This document shows positions 41,597-53,804 of a stretch of DNA of 64,000 nt, piece by piece (positions within the stretch are counted from its first letter, which is position 1; the number at the start of each line of letters is the position of its first letter). Under the pieces are notes generated by a model. It had not been told where the DNA came from. It was given only the letters and a program-made list of their open reading frames with translations, and searched no databases. Source of the stretch: Mobula hypostoma. Lineage: Eukaryota. Made by a program: the position numbers and the translations under genes. The DNA lies in the NCBI RefSeq assembly GCF_963921235.1, contig NC_086108.1:47122001-47186000 (forward strand). The letters run 5' to 3'.

Positions 41597-41625
41597 GGTG
41601 ACCTCTAGTGGTGTTTAAACTGCAG
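41597..41625 (-). promoter_or_regulatory. Candidate CTCF site with upstream module
   Basis: Minus strand reads cTGCAGtttaaacaCCACTAGAGGTCAcc: core close to CCACTAGAGGGCA with TGCAG 8 nt upstream, in unique sequence. Confidence 0.55.
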
Positions 41626-42524
41626 ATTGCGGTTTTTTAAATCAAACTACATTACTATATTTGGCAGCTATGCAGCGTGAAGCACCTGTGAACGTCTGAG
41701 CACCACATATCTTTCTCTGTCACTTTTGCAATTAACAGGGGCTCAACAGGAAGTCACAATTCTGAGATGTGGTCCCTACAGAAAGCAAAACAAAAGACAA
41801 TGTATATTTCACAAACTCTGGTATTCAGTCAGAGAGTTATTTTCGAAGCTCCATGGGATTGTAGCCAATTATTAGGCATTTATCGATCACAAACTACAAT
41901 CGGTTGTTTTGCCAGGTCTGTTTAATAAGAATAATAATCACAGAATTAGTGCTGACCAGAATCATTTGTCTGGCAAAAGAGTGATGAAGACTCTGTTTAC
42001 CGTGAGGCTGTACCTCTGTAAACAGTGTTATCTCTTATTGTGGCCCCAAAATCTCTATCTGGATTATTTTCAGCTTCCTTTTAAACTCACGGGCTTTTAA
42101 CTCCAGCAGGGTATTTATCATCAAGCCAAGAGTGACATCTCCAATATTTCTATTAAATATAAGGTTAACTAAAAGCAGAAGATGCTAAGTACTAACAGAT
42201 TTTACAGCATCTGAGGATAAGCAATAAAATTAACTGGAAGATTGAAGACCCTTCATCAGGACTACGAAGGAGAGAAAACTTTCCAACCCGCCCAGTGTTT
42301 CTGATTTTATTTTATATTTCCAGGATCTGCAGTTTTGTCCAAAGAAGTGACTTGAAAAAACAAATCAGTGTAAGTCTGAATATATATGTAAATATTTAGC
42401 TTTTTATGTGTTGAAAAGTGGTAATAGATCATTTTATTCATCTGATTAGCGGGTATTTTTCAAAAATAAAAAGCAGTCAATAATGTATACACAGGTATTA
42501 GTTTAAAAAAAGTTATGCCCATCT

Positions 42525-44030
42525 ATGGAACATAGAAACATAGACATCTACAGCACATCACAGGCCCTTCGGCCCACAATGTTGTGCCAACCATATAACC
42601 TACTCTAGAAACTGCCTAGAATTTCCCTACTGCATTGCCCTCTATTTTCTAAGCTCCATATACCTATCTAAGAGTCTCTTAAAAGACCCTATTGTATCCA
42701 CCTGCACTACCTTCACTGGCAGTGCATTCCACGTACCTACCATTCCCGGTGTGAAAAACTTACCCCTGACATCCCCCTTGTACCTATTTCCAAGCACCTT
42801 AAAACTATGCCCCCTTGTGTTAGCCATTTCAGCCTGGGTCAAAAGCCTCTGACTATCCCAAAGATAAGTTAGCGCGTTTTTACTCGCATATTAATCCTTT
42901 CTGTGATAGATGTTCGGGGCAGATAGCCTCTTTAACTCATATGTTTTGGTCTTGCCCTACTTTGGAAACTTTTTGGAGAGATATTTTCAATATTATTTCT
43001 AAGGTATTAAATATAGATATCTCTCCTCACCCTATTACTGCTATCTTTGGACTACCTAAAATTTCTAGTAATCTTTCCCCTTCAGCCCGTAGAATGATTG
43101 CATTTCTTACTTTAATGGCGAAAAGATGTATTTTACAACATTGGAAAGAGCTTAATGCTCCAACTACCTTTTTTTGGTTTTCTCAGACGATTTTATGTTT
43201 GAATCTGGAGAAAATTAGAAGTAACCTTTATGATTCTTCATTTAAATTTGAACAGATTTGGGGACCTTTTATTCGATATTTTCATTTAATGTAATATTTA
43301 CCCTTCTTGTTTTTTTTTTCACTGTTTTAATGGAGGTCGGGATTGAGGACGTGATTTTAAGTTTAACTCTGTTTGGTTTCAAGTTAGCCCATTGCTTTGC
43401 TTTGCTTTTAGTTAGTTGCACGGTGGGTTTTTTTTGGGGGGTTTTTTTTTCTTTTTTTCCATTGATATATATAAAATCTAGTATACTATTATGTTATCTT
43501 GGTTTCTTATGCTTAAATTACATTGTTTGTAGTATTTTCTTTTTGGTATTGTTATCTTTTGGAATTTTATTATACTTTAACATTGTATTAATGTTTATAT
43601 GGCTTATCTTTTTTGTATACTTACTCAATAAAAAGATTTAAAAAGAAAGAAAGAAAAGCCTCTGACTATCCACATGATCAGTGCCTCTCATCATCTTATA
43701 CACCTCTATCAGGTCACCTCTCATTCTCCATCGCTCCAAAGAGAAAAGGCTGAGTTCAGTCAACCTATTCTTATAAGGCATGCTCTCTAATCCAGACAAC
43801 ATTCTTGTAAATCTCCTCTGCACTCTTTCTGTAGTATCCACATCTTTCCTGTAGTGAGGTGACAGGAACTGAACACAGAACTCCAAATGGAGTCTAACCA
43901 AGGTCTTATATAGCTGTAACATTACCTCATGGCTCTTGAACTCAATCCCATGGCTGATGAATGCCAGCACACCGTACGTCATCTTAACAAAACTGTCAAC
44001 CTGCACTGCAGCTTTGAGCGTCCTATGGAC
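42525..44030 (-). mobile_element. CR1 3' fragment interrupted by an L1-like insert
   Basis: ORFs 43638-44006 and 42642-42842 are consecutive parts of the CR1 ORF2 C-terminus. (aacatag)n tail. Confidence 0.88.
42859..43653 (+). mobile_element. L1/Tx1-clade LINE 3' fragment
   Basis: CDRC...THMFWSCP cysteine-rich domain, T-rich 3' UTR, aataaa plus A-rich tail. 18-bp TSD aaaagcctctgactatcc at 42841-42858 and 43654-43671. Confidence 0.88.
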
Positions 44031-44438
44031 ACGGAGCCATGTTTCCTCAATTATCTATTACATACTCCCCATGACAACTTGTGCAGCTCTTTCTCTTTTC
44101 CAGTTGTATAGTGACTTTCTGCCGGAATTAAGCCTTTGGAAATCATTTTAGGCTGCTCCTTCAGTGCAGATGTGAAGCTATGCAATCATGATGGAGATGC
44201 CTTTTTGTTCTGGGAACCAGCACTTAATCAAGGTTCAGTTAACCCAAGACCAAAACCATTATGTGAAGAGCAAAGATTGTATTGTCTTAGTTCATATTTA
44301 TCTATCAAACATCTTTGCACATGATATTAAATGATAAAGTAACCACTGGCTTATTGACTACTTCTATACTGCCCTTTGCTACACTGATTTTACTGGTTAT
44401 GAAGATCTTCCAAAAATGTACAAGATATGAAAGTGTAA

Positions 44439-45357
44439 TGTTACGTACCTTGTGGGTATCTTGTGACTGTCTTATGACCATAATGTAATTAAGTATCTTG
44501 TGAGCATGCTGTAATTGTCTTGGAATGGTGGGGTGATGTAATCTTCCCGCCAGTGTGAGGTCGCATGACGTAATTTTCCTGCCGGTGTGAGGCCACGTGA
44601 TGGCATGTTCCATCAGGTGTATAAGGGGAAACCCCTGTTGTCACGCAATTAGTTCATTAGTTAGTTTTGCTGCGTATTCATCTCATGACGCAGTTTCGTT
44701 TTAAAGTAGAGTTTTACTTTCTATTTTAAGGTGCAAAGGTTGTTGCCGGCAGTTTCGGCAATCACTGCCAGTTTGTGTTTGTTGCGCCTTTGTTTTACCC
44801 TTACAGTCTAGTATTGGAGAGTGAAGACTTTACCAAAGTACGGGAACCTGAAGGATTGAGTGAAGTTGGTGTCGTTCGGCGGTTTTATAAAGGATCGACC
44901 TTATTGAATCTTCGTTCATGAATAGTGGCCTGCATCTGAGATAACCCCTGAAAGATCAGGAAGGATTGTGCAGTGTTCACCCTCCAGGAAAAAGGTCAGT
45001 TCCTTTAAGCTGTTTTATTTCTTTGGTCGTGAATCCTTTGGACAAGGCATCTCTCGGCTGGGATCAGCAGTAACATCACGTCTTTGAAGAAATTAGTTTT
45101 CAGGGAAGTCTCTCCTTACTGACTGTATAAATCACTTGGACTTTTGAATTTACCACTTTAAGACCGTGTTCGAATTTACCACTTTAAGAACTATTCCAGA
45201 GTTTGTCTGTTTGTTAAATTGCCGTATAGCAGTTAACTTCCGGTTAAGTTAGTCGTTTGTTTACTTTTCACTATTGTTGAGCAGAGTTTAATAAATGTTT
45301 ATGTTTGTTTATAAAACCTGACTCAATTCTATATTCATTGTTGCCGACCACGTAACA
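44439..45357 (+). mobile_element. Solo LTR (probably Gypsy-type)
   Basis: Inverted termini TGTTACGT...ACGTAACA, CpG-rich, tandem U3-like repeats, TATA-like gtataag near 44619 and AATAAA at 45290. No clean TSD. Confidence 0.75.
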
Positions 45358-47176
45358 GAAGAAACATGAACCTTTTAAATTCAGGTTTGTGTAAAACATT
45401 AATTTATCATAATGTTATGTTTACATATAGAAATCTCATTCATTGCTGCCAGTCTCAATCTTCCACCAGCTCGCACCAAGATTCTTGCTTGTAACTTGCT
45501 ACATCCACCATTGCAAAGCTTTCAGATGGAAATATAGCAAAGAATAGACATGTTAAAAATATGTATCAGTTTAAGGATAATTTTTCTTAGTCTCTAGATT
45601 GAAAATAGAACCTTCAACCTCTTCACTTTTCTGGCTGTATGATAGATTAATGGTCAAATTTTGTTGACTAGCAGTGTGCCAGATGTTGAAGGGTGTGAGG
45701 GAAGAGAAGTGAGTGCAGTTACTATGACAAGGTGCTCAAAAAGCTGAAAGACCTAAGGGTAGATAAGTCACCTGGACCAGATGAACTTCACCCTAGGGTT
45801 CCGAAAGAGGTAGCAGTAGAGATTGTGAAGGCATTAGGAATGATCTTTCAAAAATCATTGGACTCTGGCATGGTTCTGGAGGATTGGAATATTGCAAATG
45901 TCTCCATTCTTTAAGCAAGGAGAAAGACAACAGAAAGGAAATTATAGACCAGTTAGCCTGACCTCAGTGGTTCAGAAGATGTTGGAGTCTATTGTTAAGG
46001 ATGAAGTGATGGAGTACTTTGTGACATGGGACAAGATAGAACAAAGTCAGCATGGTTTCCTTCAGGGAAAATTTTGCCTGACAAACCTGTTGGAATTCTT
46101 TAAGGAGATTACACATAGGATAGATAACGGGGATGCAGTGGATGTTGTATATTTGGACTTTCAGAAGGCCTATGATAAGAGCCCATGGTATTACAGGGAA
46201 GTTACTGACATGGTTAGAGCATTGGCTGATTGGTAGGGGGCAGTGAGTGGGAATAAAAGGATCCTTTTCTGGTTTTGCTGCCAGTTACTAGTAGTATTCC
46301 ACAGGGGTTAGTGTTGGGACCACTTCTTTTTATGCAGTATATCAAATGATCTAGATGATATAGATGGCTTTGTTGCCGGTTTTGCCAGATGATACAAAGG
46401 TTGGTGGAAGGGCAAGCTGTTGTTGAGGAAACAGGTAGGCTGCAGAAGGACTTAGATCAGGAGAATGGGCAAGACAGTGGCAAATGAAATACAATGTTGG
46501 GAAATGCATGGTCACAGAAATAAATGTGCAGATTATTTTCTGAACAGGGAGAAGTCCTTTTGCAAGACGCCCTACAGGTTAACTTGCAGGTTGAGTCGAT
46601 GGTGAGGAAGGCTAATGTAACGTTAGCATTCATTTCAAGAAGTCTAGAAGCAGGGATGTAATGCTGAGGCTTTATAAGGCACAGGTGAGGCCTCAACTTG
46701 AGAACTGTGAACAGTTTTGGGCTCCTCATCTAACAAAAGATATGCTGCCATTGGAAAGGGTTCAGAGAAGGTTCACAAGGATTATTCCAGGAATGAAAGG
46801 GTTATCATGTGAGGAAAGTTTTGGTAATTGTGGGTCTGTACTCACTAGAATTTAGAAGGATGGTGGGGGGGGGCGCGGGGTATCTCATTGAAACCTTTTG
46901 AATGTTGAAAGGCCTAGATGAGGAAAGGATGTTTCCCATAATGGGGGAGTCTAGGACAAGAGGGCACCCATCAGGTTAGAAGGGCATCCATTTAAAACAG
47001 AAATGCAAAGAAATTTCTTTAGCCAGAGGGTGGTGAATTTGTGGAATTTGTTACCACAGGCAGCTGTGGAGGCCAGGTCATTAGGTGTATTTAAGGAAGA
47101 GCTTGATAGGTTCTTGATTGGACATGGCCTCAAAGGTTACGGGGAGAAGGCTGAGGAGGGGCAATAAGGATCAACC

Positions 47177-47366
47177 CCTCCCCCTCCCACTTTCAGATCT
47201 CTTACTAACTCTTCCTTCAATTAGTCCTGACGAAGGGTCTCGGCCTGAAACGTCAACTGTACCTCTTCCTAGAGATGCTGCCTGGCCTGCTGCATTCACC
47301 AGCAACTTTGATGTGTGTTGCTTGAATTTCCAGCATCTGCAGAATTCCTGTTGTTTACGTTTTTAA
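47177..47366 (+). mobile_element. 190-bp Penelope pLTR-derived insertion in a CR1 3' UTR
   Basis: 11-bp TSD aaggatcaacc at 47166-47176 and 47367-47377. Carries the pLTR motif gatgctgcctggcctgctg. Confidence 0.8.
47223..47259 (+). ncRNA. Minimal type I hammerhead ribozyme motif
   Basis: agtc-CTGACGA-a-gggtc tc ggcct-GAAA-CGTC-aactg. Core intact, stem II present, palindromic ACGT stem III, GUC cleavage triplet, one stem I mismatch. Confidence 0.7.
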
Positions 47367-50300
47367 AAGGATCAACCATGATTGAATGGCGATGCAGACT
47401 CAATGGGCCAAATGGCCTAATTCTGCTCCCATGTCTGGTGGTCTCATAGACAGATTGGTATATTGCTTGTTACAAAAAGCTGCTTTGCATATATAGTTTT
47501 CATTGCATTTTGAAATCAACCTGAACCTTGTGCTCCTTTCTGCTTTCACTTGCTAGCTTTAAATCATTTTGAACAATGTCAGTGACAGGAATGCATGTTT
47601 ACCTTTGTCTGCCAACCGGTGAAACCGTCAAGGTCTTCCAACTGTAGCCTTTATTTGCTGTCTGATTATGGTGCCAGTGACTGACCTAGCTGTGCTGCAG
47701 TCTATCAGCAAGAAGGGATCACAGGATCTCTTGCTATGCAAAAAGATTTAGATCACATTACAAAATATTATCAAGACTTATTATTGATCAAATCGAGTGT
47801 GAAAGTATTCTAAGAGCACTAATCCTCAGAAGATCACAGGATTGGTATCCCGAGCTGCATTAATTTCAAATCTCTCATTATCTGATGAAGAACCCAAATC
47901 CAATGCAGGTGTAGTAGTGTAGGAGTGTGGCCAGGGAGAGCAATCAATGATGGACGTGCCTTTGTTAAAAGGAATTTGCTCCAAGAACTCATTTTTAAAA
48001 AAAATAAGATTAGTGTTCAGTTTCCTGCCTGGAGGTGAATGGGCATGTTAATATTTTGGATATGCGAACATAGAAATACAAAAGCATATTGCCATTCATA
48101 ACAGATGGGCCATTACCATTAGCTACACATCATTTTTAAGCAGATTTTGGTTGAGGTTGAATCATAGTGCCATTTACACTTCACTGAGACCACTTAAGTG
48201 TCTCTATTTTGTTGGATGCACTGGCAGTTAGTTAAATGCAGATAATAACATCATAAAAAAATTAATACATCATATTATATTTCTAACCCAAAATCTGTCA
48301 ACCCTCTGTTAAACATAGATGATGTTTAGAAGTAGGTGTGGAAGGACAAAGAGTTTCCAAATGTTATCAGAGTGGCAATGATACTAAAATAAAAGCAACA
48401 TTAGGCAGTCCAAGCCAAGGGTGCTAATCTAGTTAGACTAATTCCTAAAAATGCCCAACAGGCTATTTCATTGCGGTTAATTTGAAGCCAGATATCCAGG
48501 AAGTGGACTTTAATGATACTTTCTTGATGGTACAGTTTCAGTTAGACCTTGTTCTACTAATTAAGAACAGTTGTTTTCAGTTTAGGATCATAACTGAGTA
48601 GCTAACCTTAAAGTCGTTTCCCTTTGGAATAAGATGATCAGTTAAGGTTCTCTCTCTGCCCTTGTTTTGGAAAATACCACACTTGTTGTGTTTTCCCCCC
48701 ACAGTTGAGAAGGAGATTGGTAGACCTGATGTAGCTTAACATCTCAAATTTCATCTTGATGGAGTTTCCAGTAAACTTCAGGAGCTGCATGCATCCCAGT
48801 TCTAATTGAACATGGGAAGGCACATTTAGCCAGAGGACATTAGCCAAATACAGTGTGATGGAGATTCACTGTCCAGAGTCAGGGGGAGGGAGGAGATGGG
48901 GGGGGGGGGGGAGTTTCTTTGCCAAGCTCAGCTTTCTAACACAGCAGCTAACACTTCTAGAGATCAAAGTGTTTTTTTTTAGTAAGTTAAACTTCCAACC
49001 AATATTCTCTATTCAGCTTCTTGTCATAAACGGGAGTCAGTCTTCAGTTCTTGATGCAAATTGAAAGCATTAATCAGTCTGAAGTTAAAAGGACAGTTTT
49101 GCAAACAAATGGCATCGTCAATAGAGCATGGACTGTTGGCCCACAGGACGGGCCTGACTGCTCAAGAGAGATGCAGTGTATGACAATGAGTTTATGGTAA
49201 TTGGACCTGAATCCAATCAGACAACACTGGCTAAGTTATTTAGTTCAAAGAAGCTTGCAGATCAGACTGATACTATCATTAGCACATCAAATAGCTAGTT
49301 TATCAATAATTGGGAGATTTGTGTACTCAGTGAGTCACGTCTCACAACATTAATTTTGAATGTCTGGGATTCTTACCCAGAAGCTTGTAGACCACCGGTA
49401 TAATAGATTATGTGAAAAAATATCATGTGTGTGAAGTTCCCCAAGTGACACAAAACAGTATAGATGTAAGAGAGCAGTCAGTTTTGTTAGGAGTGGTCAA
49501 GGAATGGTAAAACAGATGACAGAATGATGGGGTGAACTACAATCCCTTTCTCTACCTTTGATTTCCGTGACAGACGACTCATTCATGTGCAGCTCATTAG
49601 TATGCCTTTTTAGTTTAACGGAATTGTACCTGTGTTTTGGAAATCCTTTGTGTTTTAGGAATCATTTGTAATTTGGAAATCTGTCACAGGATAGAAATCC
49701 TCTGAGAGTATTAAATGTGGTTTAAGAATTTTATCTGAATTTAAATATGTATCACTAAAAATAAATGAATTACAATATGTTTAAACTACTTTGATAGCTG
49801 GAAGTATTTCCTCCTTGGTAAAGCACGAAAATGCCCGACGCAGGCCTCTCATGGTCTGAGTGGACGTCGTTCCCCTAGGGAGGTGCAACCCACTGCACAA
49901 ATAGTGGGTATTGGCAGCTAAATGCACCATGGCAGATAAACAGGGAAGTAATGTAACTCTGAAGAGTAGCTGGCTACAATATAGTTTCCCTTTAGAGACA
50001 GTAGCTGTAGCTATCTATATTGTATAGGGTTTAAGACCCTTGAGTTCAGAACTTCATGGACAGCAAACTTAATACCATCACAATAGTCGTCTGCCAACAC
50101 CATTGTTACTTCTATTGATACAGTGATTTTCTTTTCTTCTGAATTTACGTACGGATTTTAAACTGATTTTGATCTGCAATGTTTAGAATTGAGCATGTGT
50201 TCTTTTCGTCTGGTAAGGTTACCACCCTTCTATAACCAAAACATTGATTTTGTGTTTCAGATATGACAGTGTCCAGGATGACCTTGATTTTAGAAAGCAA

Positions 50301-51089
50301 TTAATATCAATTATACCTGATAAGCTTATTGATAGTCACTTACAAAAACAAATTACTGAAGGGTGTTCAAATAAGAACAAAGTTTAGAAAGAATTAATGT
50401 ATTGGTTACGTACACAAATATACTCTCCCTTTGCAGACCTTCTGTTTAATTAAAAAGGCATCTGCTTCTTTTACGGAGCATTCCCAGTAGGTGACCAACT
50501 TTCATACGAATGACTTAAGAAATATCTTGTCACCCCCCAATTGATATGCTGCAGCTATCTCCTGTGATGAGCTGATCTATTGGATTGTGACTGGGTGAGA
50601 AAACTCTGAGTCCTCTCTTGGTGGTTAGTATTAGATTATGAAGACACGCAGTCCTCTTTTATTGTCATTTAGTAATGCACGCGTTAAGAAATGATGCAAT
50701 GTTTTTCCATATGGGTTAGTATTTTCCATATGGGTTAGCAAAGTTTCAATTAAGTGACAATGAGCAGATCCTTAACTGAATGGCACATAATTTCTCTATT
50801 GCCTAAGTGATCCTTGGTAGATTTGGTTGAGTCCTAGTCCAGAACTGCATATTAATGACTTCTAGCAACAGGGTGTTTATCCAGGAGTAAATGTTTGCCA
50901 GCAATCAAATACATTAATCTGGCTGAAATAGTTAATGCAGAGGCAAAGAATAGAAATCATTTTAAAGGTCATTTCTTCAAGAAAAATAATATAGTCATTG
51001 TAGAACAAAACAGAGAAAATCTGCAGATGCTGGAAATCCAAGCAGCGCACACAAAACACTGGAGGAACTCAGCAGGCCAGGCAGCAAGA

Positions 51090-53700
51090 TTATTGGTTTA
51101 AATTTAGGGGTATCAAGAGGCCAGAAACAGAGGAGCACATATTTTGGGAGGGTTTTTGCGGTAATGGAGGGGGCAGAAAATAGGCAGGACAATGTGTGAA
51201 ACTGACAGAAACAAAACGACTGGGATTGGAAGTGCCCATGGACGACACCTCGGAGGAAGTACGGGTGTAGATTGAGGTTACAAGTGCGTTTAAGGACACG
51301 GGGCTTTAAACTCCCTACACCGACTATCTTGCTGGCGAACGTGCAGTCTCTGGTGAATAAAATCGATGATCTCAGAGCCAGGGTGCTGAATCAGAGGGAC
51401 ATTAGGACTGCATGCATTCTTTGTTTCACGGAATCACTAAGCAACTACTATCAACAGATCACTTGCAATACCAGAGGAAACAACACACTAGATCATTGCT
51501 ACACCACCATCAAGAATGCCTACCGTGCTATTCCACACCCTCACTTTGGGAAGTCTGATCACCTGGCTGTACTTCTACTCGCTGAGTATAGGCAGAGACT
51601 GAAGACTGCAACACCAGCAGTGAAGACCAAGAAGGTATGGACAAGGGAAGCACAGGAGCACCTACAGGAGTGCTTTGAATCAGTATTCAGGGATTCCTCT
51701 TCAAACCTGGATGAGTAAGTTGTTAGTGACTTCATTAAAACTTGTATGGATGAGTGTGTGCCCACAAAGACTTACTGTGCATTCCCAAACCAAAAGCTGT
51801 GGATGAACCAGGAGGTATGTCGTCTGCTGAAGGCTAGCTCTGTGGCATTCAAGTCTGGCGACCCGGGCCTATACCAGAAAACCAGGTATGATTTGCGAAG
51901 GGCTATTTCAAGGGTGAAGAGACAATTTTGCATGAGGTTTTTGAGGAGACGTTGAATGCATGGCAACTCTGGCAGGGTCTGCAAGACATTACTTCCTACA
52001 AAGCAAAACCCAATAGTATGAATGGCAGCGATGCTTCACTACCAGATGAACTCACGCCTCCTATGCATGCTTTGAAAGGGAGAACACAACTATGGCTGTG
52101 AAGATCCCTGCTGCACCTGATGACCCTGTGATTTCCATTTCAGAGACCGATGTTAGACCGTCTTTAAAGAGAGTGAACCCTTGCAAGGCTGAAGATCCCG
52201 ATGGAGTACCTGGTAAGGCTCCGAAAACCTGTGCCAACCAACTGGCGGGAGAATTCAAGGACATTTTCAACCTCTCACTGCTACGGGCAGAAGTTCCCAC
52301 TTGCTTCAAAAAGGCAACAATTATAACAGAGCCTAAAAAGAATAATGTGAGCTGCCTTAATGACTATCGCCTGGTAGCACTCACATCTACAGTGATGAAA
52401 TGCTTTGGGAGGTTGGTTATGACTAGACTGAACTCCTGCCTTAGCAAGGACCAGGACCCATTGCAGTTTGCCTATCACCACAATAGGTCAACAACAGACA
52501 CAATCTCACTGGCTCTTCACACGGCTTTAGACCACCTGGACAACACAAACACCTATGTCAAGATGCTGTTCATCGACTATAGCTCAGCATTTAATACCAT
52601 CATTCCCACAATCCTGATTGAGAAGTTGCAGAACCTGGGCCTCTGCACCTCCCTCTGTAATTGGACACTTAACTTTCTAATCGGAAGACCACAATCTGTG
52701 CGGATTGGTGATAATATATCCTCCCCGCTGACGATCTACGCTGGCGCACCTCAGGGGTGTGGGCTTAGCCCACTGCTCTACTCTCTATATACACATGACT
52801 GTGTGGCTAGGCATAGCTCAAACACCATCTATAAATTTGCTTTGTTGGTAGAATCTCAGGTGGTGACGAGAGGGTGTACAAGAGTGAGATATGCCAGCTA
52901 GTGGAATGGTGCTGCAGCAACAACCTGGCACTCAACGTCAGTAAGACGAAAGAGCTGGTTGTGGACTTCAGGAAGAGTAAGATGAAGGAACACAAATCAA
53001 TCCTCATAGAGGGATCAGAAGTGGAGAGAGTGAGCAGCTTCAAGTTCCTGGGTGTCAAGATCTCTGAGGACCTAACCTGGTCCCAACATAAAGAAGGCAA
53101 GACAGTGGCTGTACTTGATTAGAAGTTTGAAGAGATTTGACATGTTAACAAATACACTCAAAAACTTCTATAGTTGTACCATGGAGAGCATTCTGACAGG
53201 CTGCATCACTGTCTGGTATGGAGGGGCTGCTGCACAGGACCGAAAGAAGCTGCAGAAGGTTGTAAATCTAGTCAGCTCCATCTTGGGCACTAGCCTACAG
53301 AGTACCCAGGACACCTTTAGGGAGTGGTGTCTCAGAAAGGCAGCGTCCATTATTAAGGACCTCCAGCACCCAGGGCATGCCCTTTTCTCACTGTTACCAT
53401 CAGGTAGGAGGTACAGAAGCCTGAAGACACACACTCAGCGATTCAGGAACAGCTTCTTCCCCTCTGCCATCCGATTCCTAAATGGACATTGAATCTTTGG
53501 ACACTACTCACTTTTAAAAAAAAATATACAGTATTTGTTTTTGCATGTTTTTTAATCTATTCAATATAGGTAATTGATTTACTTGTTTATTGATTATTAT
53601 TATTTTTATTCTCTCTGCTAGATTATGTATTGCCTTGAACTACTGCTGCTAATTTAACACATTTCACTTCACAAGCTGGTGATAATAATTCTGATTCTGA
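51090..53700 (+). mobile_element. Rex1/Babar-like LINE, near full-length with internal deletions
   Basis: ILLANVQSLVNKID, TLDHCY, FGKSDH, DPLQFAY, MLFIDYSSAFNTIIP and RFRNSFFPSAIR. (ttctga)n tail. Preceded by a pLTR fragment at 51003-51085. Confidence 0.9.
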
Positions 53701-53804
53701 AAGCAAGGTAAGGTTCTGCTTAACCATGAACCAGTGTGGATCAGCAGGTGTAGATCACAGATAAACCTGAACTACCACAAGCCTTCCAAAGCAAATATTC
53801 TATT

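Larger units (their letters stand above)
45665..47450 (+). mobile_element. CR1 LINE, 5'-truncated and decayed
   Basis: DKSPGPDELHPRV, NYRPVSLTS, SQHGF, VVYLDFQKAYDK and a CR1 tail. Confidence 0.88.

Noticed and set aside
41739..41820. Possible plus-strand exon (ttaacag|...|gtattc)
   Set aside because: Weak donor, unrecognised peptide and no partner exons.
43258..43641. Hydrophobic 127-aa membrane-protein-like ORF
   Set aside because: Translation of the T-rich 3' UTR of the L1-like insert.
47460..50990. Unique region searched for a neighbouring gene such as TOR3A
   Set aside because: No exon with recognisable protein similarity found by eye.
51300..51315. Another TTTAAAC heptamer in Rex1
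   Set aside because: It is read in frame as F-K-L within a single ORF and is not phased as X_XXY_YYZ at an ORF junction.
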